A DNA stretch of 64,000 nucleotides from Thermodesulfobacteriota bacterium (GTDB lineage Bacteria; Desulfobacterota; Desulfarculia; JACQYL01): assembly GCA_963675595.2 (NCBI GenBank), contig CAXXLZ010000002.1, positions 896,001 to 960,000 on the forward strand, given 5' to 3'. Below are positions 28,605-38,898 of this stretch, piece by piece. Numbering within the stretch: position 1 is the first letter of the stretch; each line of letters opens with the position of its first letter. The position numbers were made by a program, and so were the translations under genes. The notes under the pieces were generated by a model that saw nothing but the letters and a program-made list of their open reading frames with translations, did not search any database and was not told the DNA's origin.

Positions 28605-29045
28605 ATGAAAAAGACATCGTTGATCGCCCTGTTCCTGATCCTCTCCCTCGGCTGCGGGAAACGAACCGTGGTGAGGGAACGAACGATCATCCGATACCAA
28701 CCCGTTCCTGTGAAAGAGGAAGTGCGGGTGGTGGAAAAGGCGCCGGTCAACCATTTTACGGTGAACTATCCCAAGCAGACCGCGGACGGCTACTTCGAGA
28801 CCGGCAAGATCGCCTACGGAAACTGTAATTTTCAGGAAGCCATGCGATGTTTCGCCGTTGTGCTGAACAGCTCGGCTCCGCCGGAGATCATCGCTGAGTC
28901 CTACGCCTACATGGGAGCCTGCTGTTTCTACGAAGGAAGAATGCGAGAGGCTGAGATGTTTTGTGAAAAGGCCAGGAAGACCTACCCCCAAATCAGACTT
29001 CGCCGGGAGGAATTCCCCAGAGAGGTGATCGAATTTTGTAACTGA
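28605..29045 (+). CDS. TPR lipoprotein
   Basis: Lipobox SLGC; TPR-like helices. Confidence 0.75.
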   Translation: MKKTSLIALFLILSLGCGKRTVVRERTIIRYQPVPVKEEVRVVEKAPVNHFTVNYPKQTADGYFETGKIAYGNCNFQEAMRCFAVVLNSSAPPEIIAESYAYMGACCFYEGRMREAEMFCEKARKTYPQIRLRREEFPREVIEFCN

Positions 29046-29065
29046 AAAAGCCTCCTTTCTCCGTC

Positions 29066-29090
29066 AAAAGGGCTCTATCGGAGCCCTTTT
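29066..29090. terminator. Bidirectional intrinsic terminator
   Basis: AAAAGGGCTC-TATCG-GAGCCCTTTT. Confidence 0.75.
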
Positions 29091-30077
29091 CTTATGCCCG
29101 AAAGATGGGAAATAATCTCAGTATTACTCAAATATAAACTTACATAAACCTGCATAAACTCACCAAAGACATAAAAAACCACACGAAAACTTGTTTTCGT
29201 GTGATATAAAATCATAGCTTTAATTATCTCACATAATCGCCAAGACCACCAAAAGCCCGCCGGAGGCGGGCCCCGCCCGCAGGGCGAAGGGGCGTTGGGT
29301 TCGTTAGAACCCGACTCACCGTGAACCCCATGGGGTTCACCAACCCACTCCCATCAAATTTCCATCGAACCGCTCCGATCCCAAAAGACCCCGATATCCA
29401 TCATCGGTCTTCCTCGGATCATAAAGTGACGATTTCCCAATCCCTAAAATCCGACTCTTCGGACATACCCAACCCCCCCCCCCCCGATCTCACCTCCGCC
29501 GTGGAACCAATCACCCATCTTCCCGACGGTAGGATACTCCCACCGGAAGCAGCCGCTCCGGACCACTCTCCCCTTCCAAAGAAGCATGCGTAGTAAGCAT
29601 CCGCTCAACGGATCGCATGCGCAACCCAAGTGTTCTTCCCGGTCATCGGCACACTTCGGAACCAGGGTCTTCAGTGTCACACGAAACCCGCCCTCTAAAA
29701 TGAATAGCGCCACCCGGCTCGTACCGATACGACCCGGCATGGCCACTTCATCGAGCGCTTGCCCAGACGAAAGCCGCAACGGCTCGCCCTTCTTGAAAGC
29801 GCTCAACGGTAATTCCCGCTCGCGGCACGAATTGCCGGCGACAATCATTACCACAAACATGGCCATGAAAAGGACGCCACTGACCGGCCTCATGGCCTTG
29901 CCCATCTCGCTCCGAGATGAAAAACTTTCGGCCGATGCCCGGAGCAGCGGACATCCGACCGCAAAGCTTATTAAGGAGCCGTCCTCAACTCTCCATACGC
30001 AGAGCGCATAGAGGAGAGCAACCATTCGAACGACTCCGTCGCCGCTCTGCCGAAAACCGACGTTCTAACACAGCGAA

Positions 30078-30632
30078 TCAGGGGCCTCGTTGCCCCTGCC
30101 AAATCTCCGCCGCTTTTTCTACAAGCCCGACAAGCTCCCTTGCCTTGCGGCGATGCTCGAAAGCCTGCTCCCGGTCACGACTTACTTGGGAGCGTCTCAT
30201 GTGCTCCATCGCGGGACCCATGAACTCATCCTCGACAAGAAGCTTGGCTCGCCCGAGCGTGTTCCGCTTTCCGTCATCATTCGAAAGACAGCTGTGCATG
30301 ATCGCCAAGTCCTGGATTTGCTCGAGCACTTTCCCGATCCTGTACCGCCGTTTGTCCACTTCGTATTTCCCGCAAACTCGCTCGAAGTCCCAGGTATTGA
30401 AAGCGCTTTCTGGATCAGACCAATCAAGCCATGCCCGGCTTTGGCCCTGTTCAGCTACCCGCATGATGGGCTCGTGCTCGCTCTGCACGTACCAGGCGAT
30501 GAATTCCTGGGCCTCGTCTTTCTCGTCGTCACTGTATCCAAGCCATGGATCGCTACTGCGCAGGATTTTCAATCCTGCTGGTGCCGGTGTGTCGAGTACG
30601 CTATATTCAACTACAACTTGTTTTTGTTTCAT
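30078..30632 (-). CDS. Hypothetical protein
   Basis: GGAGGAAGG RBS before MKQKQ; helical composition. Confidence 0.55.
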   Translation of the reverse strand: MKQKQVVVEYSVLDTPAPAGLKILRSSDPWLGYSDDEKDEAQEFIAWYVQSEHEPIMRVAEQGQSRAWLDWSDPESAFNTWDFERVCGKYEVDKRRYRIGKVLEQIQDLAIMHSCLSNDDGKRNTLGRAKLLVEDEFMGPAMEHMRRSQVSRDREQAFEHRRKARELVGLVEKAAEIWQGQRGP

Positions 30633-30957
30633 GATGCCTTCCTCCCGGAGTCCGATTCTTTGACCGGACTCTCTCGGCTGTGTATTCACCGAGAGAGTGG
30701 AGGGATCATCAAAAGAGGAAGGAAACATTCGGAGACGTAAGTCGATCTGCCGGTGGTAGAATCGTTTTCAGGCGACCCTCGCAGAGGGGAAAGGCTTAAA
30801 TAGGGCTTTCGGCGATGGAGCCGAATCCCATTTATGCCTTTAGCCGTGAAGAAAACGGTAGCTACTCGAAGCTGATACCATATCGATACGCCTATCCTAT
30901 AATCCGGAAGAGCTTCTTCGCTTTGATCCAGAAACTGGATATGCTACAATCGATTGC

Positions 30958-31164
30958 ATGGGCTATACCAGACAGCGCCTCAAGCCATGGCAACGCCTTG
31001 GTATCACCAAAAAGCAATACCTCACCAGTAAGCCCTGGAAAGGCACCGGTCTCTCCAGAGAGAAGTACGAGGAAGTTATCTCGGTGGTACCGCTGGAGCA
31101 TTTGAATGACCTGAAGATCGAGGCAGAAGCCGAGGCTTTGCTCGAAAGGTTGTTTGCAGGATAA
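30958..31164 (+). CDS. Small hypothetical protein
   Basis: 68 aa with an internal KPW repeat. Confidence 0.5.
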   Translation: MGYTRQRLKPWQRLGITKKQYLTSKPWKGTGLSREKYEEVISVVPLEHLNDLKIEAEAEALLERLFAG

Positions 31165-31223
31165 TCACTTGCAATGCCTGGCCATGTGGGCAAAGTTGTA
31201 TGCGATGACCTCCATCAGCAGCT

Positions 31224-31260
31224 TGGCCACGGGTGGTCCCCATTTCACTTTCCACTTGCA
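31224..31260 (-). mobile_element. Orphan IS21 terminal repeat
   Basis: Reverse complement TGCAAGTGGAAAGTGAAATGGGGACCACCCGTGGCCA matches 3219-3255 at 34/37 positions. Confidence 0.8.
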
Positions 31261-31365
31261 GGTGGCCTCAAACCGATGAAAGCCGATCTTGTCCCAGAGA
31301 GGAGTATTCTTCGTCCTACTTGATCCCATTCTTGACATCCCTTTGGAACAAAGGCTTTGTGTGGG

Positions 31366-32037
31366 TCATTGAAAAACCGTTCGTTCCATTAAGTCCGATT
31401 TAAGAATCAATCGGATAATCTTTGCTGAGAAGGAAGCTACCTGTCCTTTGGTCAACGACACTTCAACCTGATTGTCTGCTTTCCCCGCGATTGCAATTAA
31501 ATCCGGGACAATATGGTGTTCAAAAATATCTGAATCCACTGGAAGAAATGCCCCTGAAGTCATGTAGAAATTCCTCAACGGAATAACCCTGCCTGCAAAA
31601 ATGGCACCTTCTACATGGCTCATCCCCAGGTTCTTGTCCATAAGAGCTAAGGTGTCCCGCTTCAAGACGTCGGTAAGTTCCAATCCCTTACCTTTCAGGA
31701 CCCTTTCAGCGAAGAAAACTGAGTAACGAGAATTGATCATTCCCTGGAGGACGGTCATCTCATCGGAAAATGGTGCCAGATCAATAGATTCAAGGTACCG
31801 TTCGACCAAATTCTTTCCTTTGGGGCGATGATTATAAAGGATGTAGTCAGTGAGGATATCAAGTTCCGTTTCGTTCTGAAAAACGATCGTCTTTCTATTG
31901 ATCATGCCAAGTTTTTTGGCGTACTTGAGGACGGCAGGCTTGGGAATTTGTTTGGTCAGGGCAGCATTTATTGCAAAGCCGACTTGGCGTAATCGTTGGT
32001 ATCGCTTGAAGTCATCATCAAGTGAGAATAATTCCAT
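31366..32037 (-). CDS. Conserved hypothetical protein
   Basis: 223-aa ORF, AAGGAAG RBS, lower GC than neighbours. Confidence 0.7.
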   Translation of the reverse strand: MELFSLDDDFKRYQRLRQVGFAINAALTKQIPKPAVLKYAKKLGMINRKTIVFQNETELDILTDYILYNHRPKGKNLVERYLESIDLAPFSDEMTVLQGMINSRYSVFFAERVLKGKGLELTDVLKRDTLALMDKNLGMSHVEGAIFAGRVIPLRNFYMTSGAFLPVDSDIFEHHIVPDLIAIAGKADNQVEVSLTKGQVASFSAKIIRLILKSDLMERTVFQ

Positions 32038-32390
32038 CTTCCTTGATCCTTAACGGTCTAACCCTAATTTATGTGGAACCTTTCTCAAACAGAGGCGCCG
32101 CAACGCTTTCTTGCCGATCTCTTCGAGGTTCTTGCGCCGGCATGAGGAATTGAAAGGACTCGAGCCGTTCAATATCTCCAAAACGGTGGGTCCGAACCTG
32201 TTTAGAATCCTTTTCACATGGCTTTCGACAATACCTCTCCTGCCGGTTTTTCTCAACTGTCGTCGTGTGTGCAAGACTAAAACCGCCAACAGACAATGGC
32301 CGAGTATCCAGGGATGCTGAGACAAAGAATGCTGAAGTCAGAAGGGGAGAGTGCACCAGTGAGTTCATTCGGGTGCTGCGGCTGACAGGG

Positions 32391-32876
32391 TTAAAGGATT
32401 ATCCCAGGGGAGAGCTCTGAATCTGTCCACGCCGACAGCGTCTCCAGAAGCTCCTCCACCGACCGGACAACCCGCCCACAGGACATTTCGATCATCGCAT
32501 TGATAACGGAGCTCCGGGAGTCCCCGGCGTTCCGGAGATCAGTCCTGATCCCGATAAGTCTTGAGCGCTCCCTGATCGAAAAGAAGTACCCGATCTCCCA
32601 GGCTGTTCCGTCGTCAACCTGCGGGCCGTCCAGAAGAGCGACAAGCACATCCGACCGGTCAAGGTTCGACTTGCACCGCTCAAAAACTTCCTGTTTGGCC
32701 ATCTCGCCGAGCTTTTCTATTTCTTCCTGATCGATCAATTCGTAAGGCCAGATAACTTCTACTATCCTGCCCAATGCTCGACCACACTCCTCTATCCGAT
32801 CTCTCAGGCGTCGGAGCCATTCCTGCTCTGCCTCAGAAAAGAGTGGCCCTGCAAGATAGATTTTCATCGCTTCCAT
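32391..32876 (-). CDS. Nucleoside 2-deoxyribosyltransferase family protein
   Basis: KIYLAGPLFSEAE...DVLVALLDG.QVDDGTAWEIGY...RTD. Confidence 0.88.
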   Translation of the reverse strand: MEAMKIYLAGPLFSEAEQEWLRRLRDRIEECGRALGRIVEVIWPYELIDQEEIEKLGEMAKQEVFERCKSNLDRSDVLVALLDGPQVDDGTAWEIGYFFSIRERSRLIGIRTDLRNAGDSRSSVINAMIEMSCGRVVRSVEELLETLSAWTDSELSPGIIL

Positions 32877-33147
32877 GACAGCCTTTCTTGAATAATACCC
32901 GGATTCCCATTAACCTCAAACCGGAATCACAAACCGGTGCAGGGGAGTAATGCTTTCAGAAATCATAGGCCAGATTGAACGGGTCACCTTCAACAACCAG
33001 GACAACGGCTACACTGTTGCAAAGTTGAAGGTTCCCGGTCGGCGTGAATTGGTCACGGCAGTCGGCTGCCTCATGTCCCCTGTTCCCGGTGAAGTCCCGA
33101 CAATGAAGGGAGAATGGAAGAATCATACACGATACGGTGAACAGTTC

Positions 33148-34583
33148 GATAAGGTAGGAAATATTTCGCAGATTTCGTAGAAGGGGTAGCCCTCGATCGG
33201 CTACGGTTTGGTTTGAGAAGAAACTAGAACCGAGGACCGAGAAGGAGGGCTACGGAATGGAAGATAACAGGAGTGGATCAGGAAGTGAAGGCCGGGGCCA
33301 GGGAGAAATCATCAAGATTGAGGAAGCCGCTCTTCATCGGCATTTGGACGAAGTGGTTCGGGGGACGGTGGAAGAAACGCTGAACGCCCTACTGGAATCG
33401 GAAGCGGCGGTGTTGTGCGGCGCGGATCGATACGAACGAACGGAAGGCCGTAAGGACACGAGGGCGGGTCATTATAAGCGGAGTTTGCATACCAAGGCGG
33501 GAGAAGTGGAGCTGAAGGTACCCAAGTTGCGAACCCTGACTTTCGAAACCGCGATTATCGAACGATACCGGAGACGAGAGTCTTCCGTGGAGGAAGCGCT
33601 GATCGAAATGTATTTGGCCGGAGTTTCGGTGAGGCGCGTGGAAGACATCACGGAAACGCTTTGGGGAACGCGGATCAGTCCGTCCACGGTGAGTGAACTC
33701 AACAAGAAGCTCTATGTGCGGATACAGGATTGGCTGGATCGGCCGATCGAGGGAAAGTACGCCTACGTGTACTTGGATGGGGTGTGGCTGAAACGGAGTT
33801 GGGGAGGGGAAGTCCGCAACGTATCCGTACTGGTGGCCGTCGGGGTCAACGTCGAGGGATTTCGAGAAGTCCTCGGCGTTGTGGAAGGGACCAAGGAAGA
33901 CAAGGAAAGCTGGAGCCGTTTCCTGCGGCATCTCAAGCGCCGGGGCTTGTGGGGCGTTGAACTCATCATCAGCGACAAATGCCTCGGCCTGATCGAGTCC
34001 CTGGCGGAGTTCTATCCCGAGGCCCTTTGGCAGCGGTGCGCCGTCCATTTCTATCGCAACGTATTCACGGCGGTTCCCAAAGGCAAGGTGAAGGAAGTGG
34101 CGGCGATGCTCAAAGCGATCCATGCCCAAGAAGATCGCCAAGCGGCGCTGGAAAAGGTCGAGGCAGTGACACGAAAACTCGAAACCATGAAACTTCCCAA
34201 GGCGGCCCGTCTCGTGCGGGATGGAGCGGAAGAAACGTTGAGGTACTACGCCTTCCCCAGAGAACACTGGCGGAGCCTGGGCACCAATAACCCCCTGGAA
34301 CGCCTCATGCGGGAAATCCGTCGCAGGACTCGGGTGGTAGGGTGCTTTCCCGACGGGCAATCCGCCCTCATGCTCGTCTCAGCCCGACTACGTCACATTG
34401 CAGGTACCCGGTGGGGCACCCGGGCGTATTTGAATATGGATCGTCTTAACGAGCAGGAAGAAAGGCTCAAAGCCGCCTGCTGATATCGACCGGCAGCCCC
34501 GGCGTATGGAACCCGGGGCTGCCTCCTCAAACCGCCGCGCGAGGGACGACTCCTACAAAGTGCGAAATATTCTGGACACTACC
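33148..34583 (+). mobile_element. IS256-family element
   Basis: 8-bp target duplication AACAGTTC (33140-33147 and 34584-34591); imperfect IRs sharing AATATTTCGCA. Confidence 0.93.
33257..34483 (+). CDS. IS256 transposase
   Basis: YVYLDG, IISD, QRCAVHF, TNNPLERLMREIRRR. Confidence 0.95.
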   Translation: MEDNRSGSGSEGRGQGEIIKIEEAALHRHLDEVVRGTVEETLNALLESEAAVLCGADRYERTEGRKDTRAGHYKRSLHTKAGEVELKVPKLRTLTFETAIIERYRRRESSVEEALIEMYLAGVSVRRVEDITETLWGTRISPSTVSELNKKLYVRIQDWLDRPIEGKYAYVYLDGVWLKRSWGGEVRNVSVLVAVGVNVEGFREVLGVVEGTKEDKESWSRFLRHLKRRGLWGVELIISDKCLGLIESLAEFYPEALWQRCAVHFYRNVFTAVPKGKVKEVAAMLKAIHAQEDRQAALEKVEAVTRKLETMKLPKAARLVRDGAEETLRYYAFPREHWRSLGTNNPLERLMREIRRRTRVVGCFPDGQSALMLVSARLRHIAGTRWGTRAYLNMDRLNEQEERLKAAC

Positions 34584-35728
34584 AACAGTTCGAGATCATC
34601 CAGTACAAATCCATTACTCCTGCCACTGTCGCCGGAATCCAGAAATATCTCGGATCTGGTCTGATAAAGGGCATCGGGCCTGTGATGGCCGGACGCATCG
34701 TCAGGGTTTTTGGAAAAGATACACTGTCGGTGATCGAAAATGAAATCGAACGGCTGATTGAGGTTGAAGGTATCGGAAACAAACGAATCAGCCTGATCAG
34801 AAAGGCATGGGATGAGCAAAAGGAAATCCGCCAAGTAATGATCTTCTTGCAGGAGCACAACGTCAGTTCAGTCTATGCAGCGAAGATTTTCAAGCAGTAC
34901 GGCAATGAATCCATCCAAATCGTTAAAGAAAATCCCTACCGTCTGGCTGAAGATATTTGGGGCATCGGATTTCTCACAGCAGACCGTATTGCCGAACACC
35001 TTGGATTCACGAAAGATTCTCCACAGCGGGCGCAGGCCGGAATCCTCTTTGTCCTGCATCAACTTTCAGACGAAGGCCATGTCTATTATCCCTCCGCTTC
35101 CTTGATTGAAAAGAGCACTGAAATGCTCGAGGTCGAAAGCGACCGCATTGTAGAGGCGATGACAGTAATTGCGTCGGAGGGAAAAGTCGTCATCGAAGAG
35201 ATCCCGGAAGCGACCGATGTTCTCCACGAGCATAAAAAGGCGGTATATCTAGCCGGTTATCACACTGCCGAAACCAACGTCGCCGCCCGCCTCAGGTATC
35301 TGATGGCCGCCCCTAAGGCAATTCGTGAGGTGGACTCAGAGAAAGCGGTCGAATGGGTGCAGGGAAGACTCTCCCTGAAACTGGCGGAGAAACAGGTCGA
35401 GGCAATCAAGAGCGCTGCGACCGACAAGGTGCTGGTGATCACCGGCGGACCCGGTACCGGCAAGACCACCATCATTAGAAGCATCCTGACCATTTTCTCC
35501 AAGATCACCGATAAAATCATGCTCGCCGCACCCACCGGCCGTGCTGCGAAAAGAATGTCGGAGGCCACCGGCTTCGAAGCGAAAACCCTTCACAGGTTAT
35601 TGGAGTTCAGCCCCAAATTCGGCGGCTTCAAAAGAAATTTGGAAACGCCTTTGGAGTGCGAACTCCTCATAATCGATGAAGCAAGCATGATCGACGTCGT
35701 ACTGATGCATCATCTGCTCAAGGCGATT

Positions 35729-35911
35729 CGTAATGACAACCCAAAATTGACCCACCTTGATCACGGAAAATTGACCCACCCCTTGGTTTGGTTATGGGTT
35801 TCCTCAGCCGTCCCCCCGACTGGGGCTTGGATCGGCTGACAACGGAGGAAGCCGTAGGCGACCGGAGTTGTCAGCCGAGAGCTCGGTCTTGAGGCAGCTG
35901 TTTCTTTTTGA
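35729..35911 (-). mobile_element. IS21 right end with istB tail (copy 2), cut by IS1634
   Basis: Near-identical to 2386-2546. Confidence 0.8.
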
Positions 35912-37742
35912 CTCATCTTTGACAGTTGGAGGGTGAAAAAGGGCACCTCTCCCGCCTAAGTTATTGAAATACTTAGGCTGGTCTTTTGTCAAGGCTCAAA
36001 ACGTAGTGCCAATATGTGCGATTTTTTCCTTGACTGTCCCGACCGATATTCCGTACAATTTGTTTTATGTTTGCACGCCTTAAAAAGGTCAAGAGCGGCG
36101 GATTCGAGCATGAATATCTTCAGATCGTGGAGAACTATCGCCAGGATAAGAAGGTAAAACAGAAAGTTATATGCACGCTGGGCCGTCTCGACAGGCTCCG
36201 TGAATCGGGTGCCTTGGACGGAGTTCTTACCAGTCTCGCCAAGTTCTCCACCCAGAATCAGGTCATCAGTCTCTATAAGGAAGGTAGTGTCAAGGCGGAC
36301 TGGGCCAAGTCCTGGGGAACCGTTTTGGTGATCGAGAAACTCTGGAAGACCTTGGGGCTCGATGTGGTACTCCGATCTCTCGCTTCTCGCTCCGATTATC
36401 GCTTCGATCTAGAGCGCGCGGTCTTTGCCTGCGTCTGCCAACGCTTGGTCCGTCCGGGATCCGATCTCGCCGCGAGCCGTTGGATTCAGAACGTCCACGG
36501 TGAAGGCTTCGACGACCTGGAGCTTTAGCACCTTTATCGATCCATGGACTTCCTGGCCGAGTATCAGCCCGAAATCGAAAAGGAACTTTTCCGTCGGGGC
36601 CGCGACCTCTTCGATTACGGGGTGGATCTCGTTTTCTTCGACACCACCTCGGTCTACTTCGAGGGCCGGGGGCCGGCCGAGTTGGCTCGATACGGGTTCT
36701 CCAAGGACCATCGTCCCGATCGGAAACAGGTGTTGGTGGGCGTCGTCATGTCCCGAAAGGGATATCCCCTTTCCTGTCAATTTTGGGAGGGCAACACGGC
36801 GGACGTTACCACCATCAAGCGCATCATCGCCCTGGTCAAGCGTCGGTTCTCCCTGAACAACGTGGTCCTGGTCTCCGACCGCGGTATGGTCGGCGTCGAC
36901 AATCTGGTGGAACTGGAGCGTGCCGGTATCGACTACATCGTGGGCATCCCCATGCGCCGTTACCAGGATGTCCGAGACCAAGTGGTGGACACTCCGGGCT
37001 ACTACCAAGCCTTGACTCCGACCTTGTGGTTCAAGGAGATTCATTTGAACGGATGCCGTTACGTCCTCTGCTATAACCAAGACCAGGCGGCTAAAGACGA
37101 GGCCACCCGATCGGCCCTTGTGGAAAAACTGAAAACCACCCTGAAAAAACAGGGACCCCAATCTCTGGTGGGAAACAAGGGCTTCAGGAAATTCATCAAG
37201 CTCGACCGGGAAACCGTCCGCATCGATCCCGCCAAGGTCAAGGACGACGCCCGCTTCGACAGCAAGTATGTTCTCCTCACCAGTACCGACATTCCCGCCG
37301 ATGAAGTGGCCGTTACCTACAAACGCTTGTGGCAGGTGGAAAGAGCCTTCCGGGACCTCAAATCGGCCCTGGAAGTCAGGCCCGTGTTCCACCAACGGTG
37401 TCAACGCGTTCAAGGTCACATCTTCTGCAATTTCCTGGCCCTATACCTGAAGATCGCGCTGCAGAAACAGCTCAAAACCAAGGAAATCGACATCCCCTGG
37501 GACCAAGTTCTCCTGGACCTCGAAGCCTTCAAAGCCATCCATCTACAGGTCGCGGAGAAATCCTACCTCCTCAGAACGGAATTCCAGGGCCGCGCCTACC
37601 ACATCTTCCAAGCCGTCGGCCTCAAACCGCCGCCCACTTTGCAGACTCTCCAGGAGCACCAAAACGTAGTGCCATAAACCTTTCGTTTTTGTATAACCCA
37701 TTGAAATTACTATATTATTTTTTTTAAACCGTCAAAGATCAG
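35912..37742 (+). mobile_element. IS1634-family element
   Basis: IRs CTCATCTTTGACAG / CTGATCTTTGACGG; no target duplication seen. Confidence 0.8.
36067..37677 (+). pseudogene. IS1634 transposase with one in-frame TAG (36526-36528)
   Basis: YLQIVENYR, FFDTTSVYFEG, GFSKDHRPD, VSDRG, VERAFR; both ORFs are in the same frame. Confidence 0.85.
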
Positions 37743-37754
37743 TTAAACGACACT

Positions 37755-38813
37755 TCACTTGGCGTACACTGCTTCGATTGGTTGACTTGCGTCCTCCGTC
37801 AGTCTGTTCGAGTAACGCAGAATGGTAAAATCGTCTCCTACCGCAAAAGCCAAATTACGAGATGCGACCCAAACAGCATTCAGGTTCACTCTCGTTCCGG
37901 AATCCATCTTGCTCAACTCCATACCGTCATAGAACAAAATGGTACCGTCTTCTCCAACGGCGATGACGAAATCCGGAGCGCATCCATGAACCCGACTAAG
38001 CGGCGAGGTCAATTCAGGGAGCGAAACAGACTCCCAACCATCCCCCATATAGCGAAAGAATATCCCGCTGTTTCCATTTCCAAACCAGAAGCCCCAACTC
38101 ATGTCGTAGCCTACCGCATATATTCGATCGCTGGAAATGCCCCAAACGTCGGTAAAACCTCTGACAATTCCAGAATCCTGACCCCTATGAGGAAAAATCT
38201 CTTCAACACCTCCAACATTCTCTGACGTATATGAGGAGCATGAATCACAGGTAAATATTAATGCTTTCTCATAATAATCAAAAGTTGCAAACACACTATC
38301 ATAGTCTTCATGAAAACCAACGGCAGCTATTATGTTTCCGTCACTCCACATATCTTTTATATAAAAGTCGTCATAACTATCAACCATCGTTGTTTCGGAA
38401 TCTTCACATTGGATTCCGTCCTCGACATTTATAAAGGCAGAGCCGCCACAGTAAACATACTTAGTTCCATGTATTATTGTTCCTGGAATGCTCACAAATG
38501 AAATACCGTTAAATAGTTGGTAATCGTTATTAGTTTCTATGATTAGCCCTTGTCGATATAGACCAAGTATTTTCTTAAACTTGCTATCATTATCCGAATA
38601 ATATATATTAATTTTGTTTTTTGATAAATGAATTAATACTCCATCTTCTCCGATAATATAGACATCGTCTTTTGCAGTACCCCATACGTCTACTAGGTCC
38701 CCAGTGTTGTCTCCTAGGTCAACTTGGCTCCATAACGCGCTTGAATCGCAATCAAAGACAACCAGTAGTAGAAGCGGAATCAACACATACAGAAGCAACA
38801 TTCGGTACTTCAT
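37755..38813 (-). CDS. Exported beta-propeller protein (VWG-x-S repeats)
   Basis: Signal peptide; repeated DVWG...VGEDG.IL.YDG units; low GC. Confidence 0.7.
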   Translation of the reverse strand: MKYRMLLLYVLIPLLLLVVFDCDSSALWSQVDLGDNTGDLVDVWGTAKDDVYIIGEDGVLIHLSKNKINIYYSDNDSKFKKILGLYRQGLIIETNNDYQLFNGISFVSIPGTIIHGTKYVYCGGSAFINVEDGIQCEDSETTMVDSYDDFYIKDMWSDGNIIAAVGFHEDYDSVFATFDYYEKALIFTCDSCSSYTSENVGGVEEIFPHRGQDSGIVRGFTDVWGISSDRIYAVGYDMSWGFWFGNGNSGIFFRYMGDGWESVSLPELTSPLSRVHGCAPDFVIAVGEDGTILFYDGMELSKMDSGTRVNLNAVWVASRNLAFAVGDDFTILRYSNRLTEDASQPIEAVYAK

Positions 38814-38898
38814 TGAACTGTCCTCCTCAATTCTTACAAAAGCCGACAACTATGCTGTCAAGCCCCCAGTTTTTGGTCCAGGAGTTATGAGAGTTTTA

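Larger units (their letters stand above)
32950..35728 (+). pseudogene. recD2: RecD2/TraA-family helicase, interrupted by IS256 and truncated by an IS21 end
   Basis: 5' part 32950-33147 (GQIERVTF..NGYTV...YGEQF); 3' part from 34584 with ENPYRL, GGPGTGKT, APTGRAAKR, IIDEASM. Confidence 0.9.

Noticed and set aside
29444-30025. 193-aa minus-strand ORF across the poly-C tract as a phase-variable gene
   Set aside because: No clear RBS or family, and competing overlapping ORFs; coding status is unsupported
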